A stretch of 64,000 nt of DNA from an uncultured Chloroflexia bacterium (GCA_963736025.1 CAVTNH010000002.1:595351-659350), one strand, 5' to 3'. Numbered from the stretch's first letter, positions 16,888-27,514 are shown. The notes: a model not told the origin generated them from the sequence alone. Made by a program: numbers and translations.

Positions 16888-18697
16888 CTAGCGCGTGCCG
16901 ACCAGCGTGATGCCGATCATCCGGTGGTAATGCGAGACCCACGTGTCGCGGTGGATGACGCGGCCGTTGGCGTCGCGGACGGTCCGGGAGACCGACACGT
17001 CCTTGCCGTCGACGGGCCACTCGATGCGCTCGGTCTGGCCGCGCTTGCAGCGACGATGTCTTCTTGACGGTGTCGAAGCCGCGCACGACGTTGCTGACGC
17101 TCGGGCGGCTCCAGGTGACCTGCCGGCCGTTCGGGACGCTCCAGATCTCGAAGGTGACGATGCCCCCCGAGGCGTGGGTCTTGATGAGGATCGGGTACTT
17201 CGTGTCGTTGCGGAACCGCATGCTCTGCGAGCCCGAGACCGTCGCGTCGAGGCCCAGCGGATAGCGGGTGATGTAATACCAGTGCGGTGAGCGCGTCACC
17301 ATCTGGAGGCCGCCGCGCGCGGCTGCGTTGAAGAGCGTCGTCGATGCCGCGCAGATGCCGCCCGCCAGCGCCTTGCCCTCGACCGAGTGCCCGCCGACGA
17401 TCGCGCCGCCGAGGCGATAGCCCGTCCGGAAGCTGACCTCGCCGAGGGCGCCCCAGAAGTCGAAGAGGGCCCCGGCCTTCACGACGACCCCGTCGAGCTT
17501 GCGCGCCGGCACGGTGATGTTCGCGCCGAAGCCGTTGTGCGCGCTGACCTGGTAGCGCGTCGTCCAGGTGCCGAGCTTGACCATCAGCGGGGCCTTGCGC
17601 TTCGCCTCGTCGGTCGAGAGCTTCGGTGCGACCAGCGCCGTGGCGACCTTGACCTTGGCGTTGGTCCCCGATCCCTGTCCACGGGCGGCGAGCGCGGCGA
17701 CGACGGCCTCGGCGGTCTTCTGCTTGTCGAGTGCCCGTCCGAGACGCGAGGCGCTGACCCCGAAGATGTGACCGGACCGGGTCCGCAGGTACAGGGCCTC
17801 GGTCGGCTTGCGCTTCAGGTCCTTGGCGACCTTCTTGAGCGCCGCCGGCACGTCGACCGGGTCGACCCGCGGCCCGTAGGCGGCACCGCTGCCCGAGAAC
17901 GTGATCCAGCCGCGGATGGTCGCGGCCTTGATCTTCCACGACTTCGAGCCCCTGGCGAGGACGAGGTCGGCCGCCACCTGGTCGGCCATGGCCTGGGCTC
18001 GCATCGCGTCGACGTCGGTGGTGGCGGGCTCGACCCGGGAGGCATCGGCGCGCATCGCCCACACCGGCGGCGTCGCCGGATCGAGGAGCGCCTGCTCGAT
18101 CTCCGTGGCCACGCCGGTCGTGTCGACCTCGACGCCGTCGATCTGGTGCCGGATCACGTAGCCCTTCTTGGTCGTGACGACGCTCGCGTCGAGCGTGCCA
18201 CGGGCGACGGCGCGGCCGTAGGACGCCAGGGCGGCGTCCAACCGCCCGCGGTCGACGGTGAGCACCGGCGGCATCGAGACCGGTTCGAGCAGCGCTCGCA
18301 GCCCGGTCACGGTCTCGGCGAAGCGCGTGTCGTCGCGACCGACGCGCGCGGCGCTGTCCACCATCGCGTCGTAGTCGACCTTGCGGCCGACCTGGTCGTA
18401 CGAGATGTCGACGGAACCGACCCACGAGCCGACCGTGACCTTGCCATCCTCGAGCGGACCGAGGGCGGCGACGAGCGCCTGACGAGCGTCGGACGGGGTC
18501 AGGCCACCGACTTCGACGCCACCGACGCGAACGCCCGGCAGGATGCGGCCGGCGTAGGCCTGACCGTAGGCGACCAGCCCGACCAGGACGATCGCGATCC
18601 CGAGCATGGTGCCGAGCACGAACCGCCGCGCCCACCGCCCCGGTCGAGGGATGCGCAGGGCACGCACTGCCGGCGTGACTTGTTCGGTGACGGCCAT
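16888..18697 (-). CDS. VanW-family protein (N-terminal TM anchor), with a frame break near the 3' end
   Basis: VanW core GFGANITVPARKLDGVVVKAGALFDFW...GGICAASTTLFNAA. After ...DTVKKTSSL (about 17040) the conserved tail QTERIEWPVDGKDVSVSRTVRDANGRVIHRDTWVSHYHRMIGITLVGTR* continues in another frame and ends at 16888. Confidence 0.8.
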
Positions 18698-18796
18698 CGA
18701 CTGATCAACCCCGAGCGGACGCAGGCCAGCGCCAGCGTAAGGACGGGAGCCTACGGCATGCGCGCCCGGACGAAAAGGGGTAATTCAGCGCCACGT

Positions 18797-18845
18797 GCGA
18801 CGAATTCGTCGCAGACCGGCGGGTGTCGCGGGTCACGCCCGCGAC
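18797..18845 (-). terminator. Two hairpins downstream of the FtsB-like gene
   Basis: GTCGCGGG-TCACG-CCCGCGAC (18825-18845) and the 16-bp perfect palindrome GCGACGAATTCGTCGC (18797-18812). Confidence 0.4.
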
Positions 18846-18873
18846 GAGGGGTCGCCCGAGCGCACGCGGGGGG

Positions 18874-19392
18874 TCAGTCGGTCGAGCCGAACAGGAGCGT
18901 CAACCAGCTCTCGAACGGAGACACGCGCGACCGGTCTGCTCCGAGCCGAACGCTCGCGGAGCCGGGTGCATCGGCCGCGAGCGGCGGGGCATCCTCGGCG
19001 AGCGCGAACGGGATCTCCTTCGTCGCGCCAAGTCCGAACCCGCGGGCCTGCTGCTCGACGTAGCGCGGGCGCTGGATCTGGTCGAGCTCCCGGGTCAGGC
19101 CGGCGACCTCCGTCGAGAGCGTCGCGTTGTCCCTGGCGATCTGCTCTGCGCGCGAGGCGGCCGCCTGGGCGTCACCGACCTGGCGGGCGAAGACCACGAC
19201 GATCCAGACCGCGACGAGGACCCCGATGAGGCCCGCGAGATGGCGCCGGGTGATCCCGGCGATGGACAGGCTGGACAGATCCGGGACCGCACGGGCATCG
19301 ACGTCGCCGCCCGACGGGTCGTCGGGAGCGATCGCGTCGTCGAGCGCATCGGGGTCGGCATCGGGCGGCAGGGGTGCGGGCCGTCGAACCAT
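18874..19392 (-). CDS. Septum-formation initiator (FtsB/DivIC-like) protein
   Basis: Single TM (LAGLIGVLVAVWIVVVF), a coiled-coil segment, and the C-terminal motif RPRYVEQQARGFGL. The start is ambiguous: ATG at 19392 or at 19449. Confidence 0.65.
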   Translation of the reverse strand: MVRRPAPLPPDADPDALDDAIAPDDPSGGDVDARAVPDLSSLSIAGITRRHLAGLIGVLVAVWIVVVFARQVGDAQAAASRAEQIARDNATLSTEVAGLTRELDQIQRPRYVEQQARGFGLGATKEIPFALAEDAPPLAADAPGSASVRLGADRSRVSPFESWLTLLFGSTD

Positions 19393-19526
19393 CCGACCGA
19401 GGGTAGCTGAGCGGTAGGCTGGCGTGTCAACTTGCCCGCGCCGTGACATCCGAGCTGTCACACCCACGCTGGAACGTGCTGCTAGACTCGCACGAATCGA
19501 ACATCCGTGCTATTCGAGGCCGAACG

Positions 19527-21847
19527 ATGCGAACCTACGCCCCCGCCGACCCGGAGGCCGTCCTCGCGAGCCTGTCTGGCCGAGCCGTCTCTTGCCGCGG
19601 GGGGTCGTGCACCACGAGGTCATCCCCGCGCGGGCAGCTGAGTACGGCGAGTTCCCGGCCTGGCTGGACCCCCGGATCGTGGCCGGCCTCGCGTCGCGCG
19701 GCATCGAGCGCCCGTACCGCCACCAGGCCGAGGCGATCGAGGCGGTCCACGCGGGCGAGGACGTCGTCATCGTCACGCCCACCGCGTCCGGCAAATCGCT
19801 CTGCTATGCCGTGCCGGTCCTCCAGGCCATCGTCGACGACCCGGCCTCGCGGGCACTCTTCCTGTTCCCCACCAAGGCGCTGGGGCAGGACCAGGTCACC
19901 GAGTTCGGCGAGCTGTCGGCGGCGGCCGGCATGGCCATCCTGGCATCCACCTATGACGGGGACACGCCCGCCCCGATCCGCTCGGCCGTCCGGGCCGCCG
20001 GCCAGGTCGTCGTCACGAACCCGGACATGCTCCATTCGGCGATCCTGCCCCACCACACGAAGTGGTTCCAGCTGTTCGAGCAGCTGAAGATCATCGTCAT
20101 CGACGAGCTGCACACGTATCGCGGCGTCTTCGGCGGGCACGTCGCCAACGTCCTGCGACGGCTGCTCCGGATCTGTGCCCACTACGGCAGCCACCCGGTC
20201 ATCGTCTGCTGTTCCGCGACCATCGGGAACCCGGGCGAGCTCGCCGCGATGCTGACCGGACGGCCGGCCCGGCTCGTGGATCGGAATGGCGCGCCGGCCG
20301 GCGAGCGCCACGTCGTCCTCGTCGATCCGCCTGTGCTCGAGCCAGCCAGCGGGGCACGGGCGTCCGCGGTCACCCTCGCCCAGCGCTGGGCACTACCCTT
20401 CCTGCGGGCGGGCCGCCAGACGATCGTCTTCGGACGGTCCCGAGTCGCGGTCGAACTGCTGCTCACCGGGTTGCGCGAGTCCCTCCGGGAGAGCTACGGA
20501 CCCCGCAGCCGGGTCCGCGGCTATCGGGGCGGCTACCTGCCGACGGAGCGCCGGTCGATCGAGCGTGGACTGCGCGACGGCGAGGTCCTCGGGGTCGTCG
20601 CGACGAATGCGCTCGAGCTGGGCGTGGACATCGGACGGCTCGATGCCGCGATCCTCGCGGGCTACCCCGGGTCGGTCGCGGCCACCTGGCAGCAGTTCGG
20701 GCGTGCCGGCCGACGGCTGGGCACGAGCGTGGCGATCCTGGTCGCGTCAGGCGCTCCGGTCGACCAGTACGTCATCCACCATCCGGAGTTCCTGCTCGAC
20801 AACACGCCCGAGGAGGCCCGCCTCGATCCGGACAACCTGCATGTGCTCCTCGCGCACCTGCGGGCGGCGACGTTCGAGCTCCCGTTCGAGCCCGGCGAGC
20901 GATTCGGGCCCGGCCCGGCAGACGATCTCCTCGCATTCCTCGCTGAAGAGCGCCACGTCCGCCAGGCCGACGACGGCCGCTGGTACTGGTCGAGCGAGAA
21001 CTTCCCGGCCTCGGAGATCTCGCTCCGGACGGCGGCCCCGGAGAACGTCGTGATCATCGACACGACGCCGGACCGGCCGCGGGTCCTCGGCGAGGTCGAC
21101 CTGTTCAGTGCCCAGGTCCTCGTCCATGAGCGGGCCATCTACATCCACGAGTCGATCCAGTACTACGTCGACCGGCTCGAATGGGGCGAGCGCAAGGCGT
21201 ACGTCCACCGGATCGACGTCGACCACTACACGTACGCCAACCGAGCCGTGACCCTCAAGCCGCTCGAGATCTTCGCCGAGGCGCAGGCGACCGGCGGACG
21301 TCGGATCCACGGAGAGGTGATGGTCGCGAGCCTGGTGACCCTGTTCAAGAAGCTCAAGTTCCTCACCGACGAGAACGTCGGTTGGGGCCCGATCGACCTT
21401 CCCGAGCTCGAACTCCAGACGACCGCGTACTGGCTGACCGCGGATCAGGTCCGCGACGGCTGGCGCCGTGACGACCTCGACGTCGCGCTGCTCGGAGCCG
21501 GGCGCGCGATCCAGACCGTGGCGTCCGTGCTGCTCATGGTCGATCCGCGCGACCTCGGTCTCGTCGCCCAGGTCCGCTCGCCCCATGCCGAGCAGCCGAC
21601 CATCTACCTCTACGAGTCCGTGCCGGGCGGCATCGGCCTCTCGGAGCGGCTCTGGGACCGCCACGACGAGCTGCTCTCGGCCGCGGCCGACCTCATCGAG
21701 GCGTGCGGCTGCGACGGCGGCTGTCCAGCCTGCACCGGTCCACGGCTCGAACCGGGCGTCGACGCGAAGGCGCTGGCCCGGCGACTGCTCGCCCAGCTGG
21801 GCGCACAGGACGGCCCTGGGATCACTGCCCTGGCGACTCCGGCTTGA
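19527..21847 (+). CDS. mrfA: MrfA/YprA-like DEAD/DEAH-box helicase with a C-terminal DUF1998 zinc module. Possible frame break near the 5' end.
   Basis: TPTASGKS, DELH, SATIGNP, helicase C domain, and C-terminal CGCDGGCPACTGP. ATG at 19527 (GAGG 7 nt upstream) encodes MRTYAPADPEAVLASLSGRA in a different frame from the main ORF, which begins about ...LLPRGVVHHEVIPARAAEYG. A G6 run sits at 19599-19604. Confidence 0.85.
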
Positions 21848-23310
21848 CGGCGTCGTCGATCCAGGATCGGCCCTCCGACATCGGCCGGCGCCTGGAGCGG
21901 TTCCGGGCTGCGGTCCGGGTCGCCCCGAGCCACGAGACCGATCCCCTGCCCCACCTCCCGATCCCGGCGTCGGAGCTCGCGGAACGCCTCGCATCGACGC
22001 TCGACGGCGAGGTCGTGTCGGGGCCCCGCGGCCGCTTCGTGCGTGTCGAAGGTCGGTCGATCGAGATCGCCGTCGACCGGCGGCGCCTCGCCGGGCTGCC
22101 CGGGCAGGCGCCGGCCGACCGCCCATTCGTCTGCCTCGACACCGAGACGACCGGGCTCGCGACGGCAGCCGGGACCGTGGCCTTCCTCATCGGCCTGGGT
22201 TGGTGGCAGGGCACGCTGTTCCGTCAGGTCCAGCTGGTGCTGCCCGACCACGCCGACGAAGGGGCACTCCTCGACGAGCTCGCGCGCCACATCCCGCGCG
22301 ATGCCTGGCTGGTCACGTACAACGGCCGCGGGTTCGACTGGCCGCTGCTCGTGGCGCGCTACCGGATGGCCCGGAGAGCGGCGCCACCGCACGACGGCCA
22401 CCTCGATCTCCTGCCGATCGTCCGGCGCATGTTCCGTCATCGGATGGACGACGCGCGGCTCCAGACGGTGGAACGGTCGCTGCTCGGGCTGGAGCGCCAC
22501 GGCGACGTCGACGGCTGGGAGATCCCGGGTCGGTACCTCGGTTTCCTGCGCGGCGGCCCGGCCCAGCCGCTGCTCGCCGTCGTCCGCCACAACGACGAAG
22601 ACGTCCGCTCGCTGGCGCGTCTCATCGCCCTGCTGGACGGTGGATACACCTCGCCGGCGGCCCGGCTGAACGCGCCGATCGGTGACGTCGCCGGTCTTGC
22701 CCGCGCCTACGTCCGGGCCCGGCGCCTGGAAGAGGCCCTTGCCTGCCTGGACGAGGTGGTGGGGCGGACCGAGGATCGGGTGACCACGCCCGACGACCCA
22801 CCCGCCGTCGTCGCGCCATCGCGCGCCACCGTGCCGTGGTGGGCACCGGCAGCACGGCCTGACTTCGGCGGGGCGCGGCCGCGCGACCACGGACCGTCGA
22901 GATGGCACCGGACGGCCGCCTTCGATGCGACCTGGGACGCGCAACGGGTCGCGTTGGACCGGGCGCATCTCCTCCGCCGGCTCGGCCGGTATCGCGACGC
23001 GTCCGACGCGTGGGCCGGTGTCGCGGCCGGACCCGGACGGACAGCGATCGTGGCCTGGATCGAGCTCGCGAAGCTGCGCGAGCACCGTCTCGGCGATCTG
23101 GCGGGCGCCCTCGAGGCCACGCTCCGCGGTGCCGCCGCCGCCGACCGCCGACGTCAGCTCGCCATGCCGGAGCCGGCGCTCGAAGCGGACCTGCGCCGTC
23201 GACTCAAGCGGCTACGACGTCGAGTGGCTATCCGTCAAGGCCCGCTCGAACCGGGCCTGCCAGCGCCTCGAGCGTCGGGCGATCGAACGGGGCAGGCCAG
23301 TCGAACATGA
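21844..23310 (+). CDS. mrfB: MrfB/YprB-like RNase-H-fold (DEDD-type) exonuclease with a helical/TPR-like C-terminal region
   Basis: VCLDTETTGL, YNGRGFDWPLL, HNDEDVRSL. The TTG start overlaps the mrfA TGA (TTGA). The 3' end overlaps the convergent LLM gene by 83 nt, so the true C-terminus is uncertain. Confidence 0.75.
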   Translation: MTASSIQDRPSDIGRRLERFRAAVRVAPSHETDPLPHLPIPASELAERLASTLDGEVVSGPRGRFVRVEGRSIEIAVDRRRLAGLPGQAPADRPFVCLDTETTGLATAAGTVAFLIGLGWWQGTLFRQVQLVLPDHADEGALLDELARHIPRDAWLVTYNGRGFDWPLLVARYRMARRAAPPHDGHLDLLPIVRRMFRHRMDDARLQTVERSLLGLERHGDVDGWEIPGRYLGFLRGGPAQPLLAVVRHNDEDVRSLARLIALLDGGYTSPAARLNAPIGDVAGLARAYVRARRLEEALACLDEVVGRTEDRVTTPDDPPAVVAPSRATVPWWAPAARPDFGGARPRDHGPSRWHRTAAFDATWDAQRVALDRAHLLRRLGRYRDASDAWAGVAAGPGRTAIVAWIELAKLREHRLGDLAGALEATLRGAAAADRRRQLAMPEPALEADLRRRLKRLRRRVAIRQGPLEPGLPAPRASGDRTGQASRT

Positions 23311-24199
23311 CGGCGTCGACTCCGGCGTCGTGGTATCGCCGCAGTTCGGCGACGACCGACGCCACCGGGCCCGTGAACGGCGAGCTCGACGCCATCTCGC
23401 GGGCTGCCTGGGCGGACATCGCCTGGCGTTCGAGGATGTCCGTCAGGGCCTCGACTGCCGCCGCTCGCGTTGGGCGGATGCAGGGCGCCGCGAGACCCGC
23501 GGTCCGCTCGATCGACCCGGGCGAGCGACCGACCGCCCGACAGTGCTCATCGAGGATGCCGTTCCGCCGGCGGAACGACTCGGGATCGTCCTGGTCGGCA
23601 TTCCAGATGTCCGCGTATTCGGCGACGATCCGGAGCGTGCGCTTCTCCCCGCTCCCCCCGATCGCGATCGGCAGCCGTGGCTGGATCGGCGGGGGGTCAT
23701 TCCGGGCCCCGACCGCCTTGAACCAGGCGCCCTCATGCGTCACGGGCGACCCGTCGAGCAGGCCGCGGCTGATCGCCGCCGCGTCGGCCAACCGATCGAG
23801 ACGCCGGCCGACCGGCGGGAAGTCGAACCCGAAGGCCTCGTGCTCCAGCTCGAACCACCCCGCGCCGAGGCCGAGGACGGCACGGCCGCCGGTCGCGTGG
23901 TCCAGGGCGGTCGCCATCTTGACGAGCAGGCCCGGGTTCCGATAGGCGGCGCCCGAGACCAGGCACCCCAACCGCGCCCGATGGGTGATCCCCGCCCATC
24001 CGAACAGGGTCGACCACCCTTCGAAGACGGGGCCGCCGCCATCGATCGCCCCGCCGGCCGCCTGGGGCAGGAGGTGGTCGTTGCTCCACAACTCGTCGAA
24101 CCCGAGCTCGTCGATCTCGCGCCCGATGGCCATGAGTTCGGGCCAGGACACGTATTGGCCCCAGACCTGGAACCCGAGGCGAAGCCGTCCGGACGCCAT
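23228..24199 (-). CDS. Luciferase-like monooxygenase (LLM) family oxidoreductase, probably of the F420-dependent class
   Basis: 323 aa with LWSNDHL and GLGAGWFELEHEAFG; TIM-barrel LLM signature. Confidence 0.8.
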   Translation of the reverse strand: MASGRLRLGFQVWGQYVSWPELMAIGREIDELGFDELWSNDHLLPQAAGGAIDGGGPVFEGWSTLFGWAGITHRARLGCLVSGAAYRNPGLLVKMATALDHATGGRAVLGLGAGWFELEHEAFGFDFPPVGRRLDRLADAAAISRGLLDGSPVTHEGAWFKAVGARNDPPPIQPRLPIAIGGSGEKRTLRIVAEYADIWNADQDDPESFRRRNGILDEHCRAVGRSPGSIERTAGLAAPCIRPTRAAAVEALTDILERQAMSAQAAREMASSSPFTGPVASVVAELRRYHDAGVDAVMFDWPAPFDRPTLEALAGPVRAGLDG

Positions 24200-24201
24200 C
24201 C

Positions 24202-25261
24202 TCAGGCCTCGGCGACGGACTCGGCCGCGCCGCTTCGAGCCGACCGCTCGGCAGCCTCGAGGACGCGCAGCCCGCGGACCGAGTCGGCCGGATCGACGGG
24301 CCGTTCGCCATCGCCCCGGATCGCATCCCTGAGCCGCGTGTAGTAGCCGCGGTAGTCGCCGCGCTCGGTGGGGACGGGCCGGGACGAGCCGTCACGCGCG
24401 TAGACGCGACCCCAGCGGTCCGGCTCCTCTTCGCCGAACCCGGGATCGCCCGGGCGCATCCCGGCGAGGAGCTGCACCTCCTGGGGGTCGAGGTCCTCCT
24501 TCACGTACTCGCCATCGAGACCGCGGATCCGCAACCGCGGACCAGTGCGCGAGGCGATCAGCGACGACCAGAGGCGGGAGCGCCCGCCGTCGACGTGATC
24601 GATGGCGAAGAACGTCGAGTCGTCGACCTGGCTGTCGGGCCGGCGCCGGTCCATCTGGGCGAAGACGCGGCGAGCGGGTCCGAGCAGCAGCAGGCTCTGG
24701 TCGACCAGGTGCGCGCCGAGATCACGATGCGGGCCGCCGGCCTCATCGGCCTGCTCGCGCCACGCCGGGCCGACGTCGCCCCATCGCTCGAACCGGGCCT
24801 CGATGCTGTCGATCGCGCCCAGCTCGCCCCGCTCGACCAGGGCTCGCACGGTCTGGAAATCGCCGTCCCACCGGCGGTTCTGGTAGACGGACAGGATCCG
24901 TCCGGCTCGATCCGCGGCCTCGATGAGCGTCTCGGCTTCCGGGACGTCCATCGCGATCGGCTTGTCCACCACGACGTGCCGTCCCGCCTGCAATGCCCGG
25001 ATCCCGACGGGGACGTGGGACCGGTTCGGGGTCGCCACGACGACGAGCTCGACGTCATGGCGCTCGAGCAGCGCATCGACCGTGTCGACCACCGTCGCGC
25101 CCGGGTGGTCCGCGGCGGCCTGGGCCTGCCGATCCGGGCTGGGATGTGGCGATGGCCGTCAGCCGGAGCCCGTCGACCCCGGCGATGTATGGCGAATGGA
25201 ACAGGCGGCCGGCGAGGCCGTAGCCGACGAGGCCGACGCCGATCGAGCCGGTCGGGTCCAT
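24202..25261 (-). pseudogene. Gfo/Idh/MocA-family oxidoreductase with a frame break after the Rossmann N-terminus
   Basis: MDPTGSIGVGLVGYGLAGRLFHSPYIAGVDGLRLTAIAT lies in one frame (ATG 25261). ...SPDRQAQAAADHPGATVVDTVDALLERHDVELVVVATPNRSH... lies in another. The break is at about 25130-25150. Confidence 0.8.
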
Positions 25262-25271
25262 CGGGATCCCC

Positions 25272-26513
25272 CTAGCCGGCGAGATACGGGCCGGCGACGT
25301 CGCAGAACCGCTCGGCACAGCGCCGGGCAGCCTCCTCGTCGTCGCTCATCCGGATGCCGAACGGGGCGAGGTTCGTGTCGAACACGCCGATGCCGATGCT
25401 CATGGAGCGCGCGAGCAAGGCGTCGGTCCGCGGCAGCATGCCGCGCTCGTACGTCGCTTCACCCGAGCCGTAGCACGCGCAGTCGAACGGGCAGCCCTTG
25501 CCGCTGACGGTGCGTCGCTCGAGCAGGTGCTCCATGTTCGAGTAGACATGCCAGCCGGAGGCGTCGAGCGTGATCGAGCCGAGCTCCTTCGCGACCTCCC
25601 GCGCGACTTCGGCCGAGGGGAACGTGACGACCAGGTGGGTGGCCAGGTCGCCCTCGGCGTCGACGATCGTGCGAAAGCCCAGCCCCGGCAGCCCGGCGAT
25701 CGCCGCTTTCACGATCTTCTTGTTGGCGCGGAGGTGGGTGCGGATCAGGTCGAGCTTGCGCACCTGCGCCAGCAACACGGCGCCGGACAGCTCGGTCATC
25801 CGGAAATTCATGCCCAGGAACGGGCGATCGGCGTACTTGGACCCGAGCCGGTTCGGCGCGTGGCCCTGGTCGTGGATGGCGAACAGCCGTCCGTACAGGT
25901 CCTCGTCGTCGGTGACGATCATCCCGCCGTCGCCACACGTGATGGTCTTGTACTCATTGAAGCTGTAGACCCCGGCGGCGCCGATCCCGCCCACGCCCTG
26001 ACCCTGGTAGGTCGCGCCGAAGGCCTGCGCACAGTCCTCGATCAGCGGGATGCCGTGCCGATCCGCGACGTCCTTGATCTCGTCGAGCCGGGCAGGCGCA
26101 CCGAGCATGTGGACGACGATGATCGCCCGGGTCCGCGGGGTGATCCTGGCCTCGACATCGGCCGGATCGAGATTGAACGAGTCGTCGACCTCGGCGAGGA
26201 CCGGGGTCGCCCTGGCGTAGACGATCGCCGAGATCGAGGCAACGAAGGTGAACCCTGGCACGATGACCTCATCGCCCGGTCCGACACCCAGGCCCAGCAG
26301 CGACAGCCAGAGCCCTCCGGAACCGCCGCCGCTCAGGCCGAGCGCGTATCTGACGCCGGCGAGCGACGCGATCTCCTCCTCGACGTGACGGACCTTGGCG
26401 CCGAATGACGGGTCGTCGGCGCTGCCGTACCGGCTCAGGTTGCGACTGGTGAGGACCTGCATCACCTCGGCGATCTCTTCCTCGCCGATGAGCTCGACAC
26501 CGGGTCCGGGCAT
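25272..26513 (-). CDS. DegT/DnrJ/EryC1/StrS-family PLP-dependent aminotransferase (copy 1)
   Basis: Start ATG at 26513 with GGAGGAAGGGAG upstream. FTFVASISA, DCAQAFG, SFNEYKTITCGDGG (PLP Lys). Confidence 0.85.
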   Translation of the reverse strand: MPGPGVELIGEEEIAEVMQVLTSRNLSRYGSADDPSFGAKVRHVEEEIASLAGVRYALGLSGGGSGGLWLSLLGLGVGPGDEVIVPGFTFVASISAIVYARATPVLAEVDDSFNLDPADVEARITPRTRAIIVVHMLGAPARLDEIKDVADRHGIPLIEDCAQAFGATYQGQGVGGIGAAGVYSFNEYKTITCGDGGMIVTDDEDLYGRLFAIHDQGHAPNRLGSKYADRPFLGMNFRMTELSGAVLLAQVRKLDLIRTHLRANKKIVKAAIAGLPGLGFRTIVDAEGDLATHLVVTFPSAEVAREVAKELGSITLDASGWHVYSNMEHLLERRTVSGKGCPFDCACYGSGEATYERGMLPRTDALLARSMSIGIGVFDTNLAPFGIRMSDDEEAARRCAERFCDVAGPYLAG

Positions 26514-26533
26514 GCCAGCTCTCCCTTCCTCCG

Positions 26534-26547
26534 TGCAACCGATTGCA
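26534..26547. promoter_or_regulatory. LacI-type operator-like inverted repeat TGCAACCGATTGCA in a divergent promoter region
   Basis: TGCAA-N4-TTGCA lies between DegT copy 1 (minus, start 26513) and the TIM-barrel gene (plus, start 26621). It matches the site at 36724-36737 at 13 of 14 positions. Confidence 0.55.
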
Positions 26548-26620
26548 TAGCACCCTACCAGCACGATATTCTGACCGTCAACATGTCCAGCTGACGACAC
26601 GAGCGGAGGGTCGGGACGAC

Positions 26621-27514
26621 GTGAGCGATCTCCTTGAACGAGTGGCGGGCGCACCGATCAGCTGGGGGGTGGACGGATCCCCCGGCTGGGGCTACCTGAT
26701 GGGACGCGACCGGGTCATGCAGGAGATGGTCGAGAGCGGCCTCTCCGCGACGGAGCTCGGGCCCGACGGCTACCTGCCGACGGACCCTGGCGAGCTCCAG
26801 GACTACCTCGGGCAGTTCGACCTGAGCATCGTCGGCGGCTTCGTGCCGGCCCTCCTCTATCGTCCCGACCGGATCGATGCCGTGCTCGAATACGTGACCC
26901 GCGCCGCTCGACAGCTGGCCGCCACCGGGTCGAAGGTGCTCGTCCTCGGGCCGTCGAGCCACCACGACGGATACGACACGTCGGTGGACATGGACGCCGG
27001 CGAGTGGACGACGTTCCTGGCCAATCTCCAGCGCCTCGAGGCGATCGTCACCGATGCCGGTCTCGAGACGGCCCTCCACCCCCACTGGGGCATGGCCATC
27101 GAGAACGGCGCGCACATCGATCGGCTCCTCGATTCGTCCACGGTCGGGTTGTGCCTCGACACCGGCCACGTGTACCTGGCCGGCACGGATCCCGTCGAGG
27201 TCGCGCGGGCGGCCCGTGGTCGCGTCCTCCACGTCCACCTCAAGGACCTCGATCCGGCGAAGGCCGCCCAGGTCCGCAGTGGCGAGGTCCCGTTCCGCGA
27301 GTCGGTCATCAACGGCTTGTTCGTGCCGCTCGGGCAGGGCGGCGTCGACATCGCGGGGGTGATCGCCGCACTCGAGGGCGACGGGTACCGAGGCTGGTAC
27401 GTCCTCGAGCAGGACGTGTCGCTGAAGGCGGAGCCGGCCATCGGCAGCGGCCCGAAGGCGGACGCGGTCGACAGCGTGGCCTTCCTGCGCGGGCTCGACG
27501 GAACGCCTGCGTGA
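26621..27514 (+). CDS. Xylose-isomerase-like TIM-barrel protein (sugar-phosphate isomerase/epimerase; IolE/MocC-like)
   Basis: GTG at 26621 with GGAGGG 10 nt upstream. LHPHWG, DTGH, HVHLKD, VLEQD. Confidence 0.8.
   Translation: MSDLLERVAGAPISWGVDGSPGWGYLMGRDRVMQEMVESGLSATELGPDGYLPTDPGELQDYLGQFDLSIVGGFVPALLYRPDRIDAVLEYVTRAARQLAATGSKVLVLGPSSHHDGYDTSVDMDAGEWTTFLANLQRLEAIVTDAGLETALHPHWGMAIENGAHIDRLLDSSTVGLCLDTGHVYLAGTDPVEVARAARGRVLHVHLKDLDPAKAAQVRSGEVPFRESVINGLFVPLGQGGVDIAGVIAALEGDGYRGWYVLEQDVSLKAEPAIGSGPKADAVDSVAFLRGLDGTPA

Noticed and set aside
19424-21847. The DUF1998 helicase as part of an anti-phage system (Druantia/DISARM-like)
   Set aside because: The helicase and DUF1998 domains are fused as in MrfA/YprA. 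The coupled partner is a YprB-type exonuclease. No methyltransferase, PLD nuclease or large DruA-D-like genes are nearby.
23228-23310. 83-nt convergent overlap of mrfB and the LLM oxidoreductase as a regulatory antisense arrangement
   Set aside because: More likely the mrfB frame simply stays open past its true end, given the high GC and a possible undetected indel. The last 30 codons or so (…RQGPLEPGLPAPRASGDRTGQASRT) look non-conserved.
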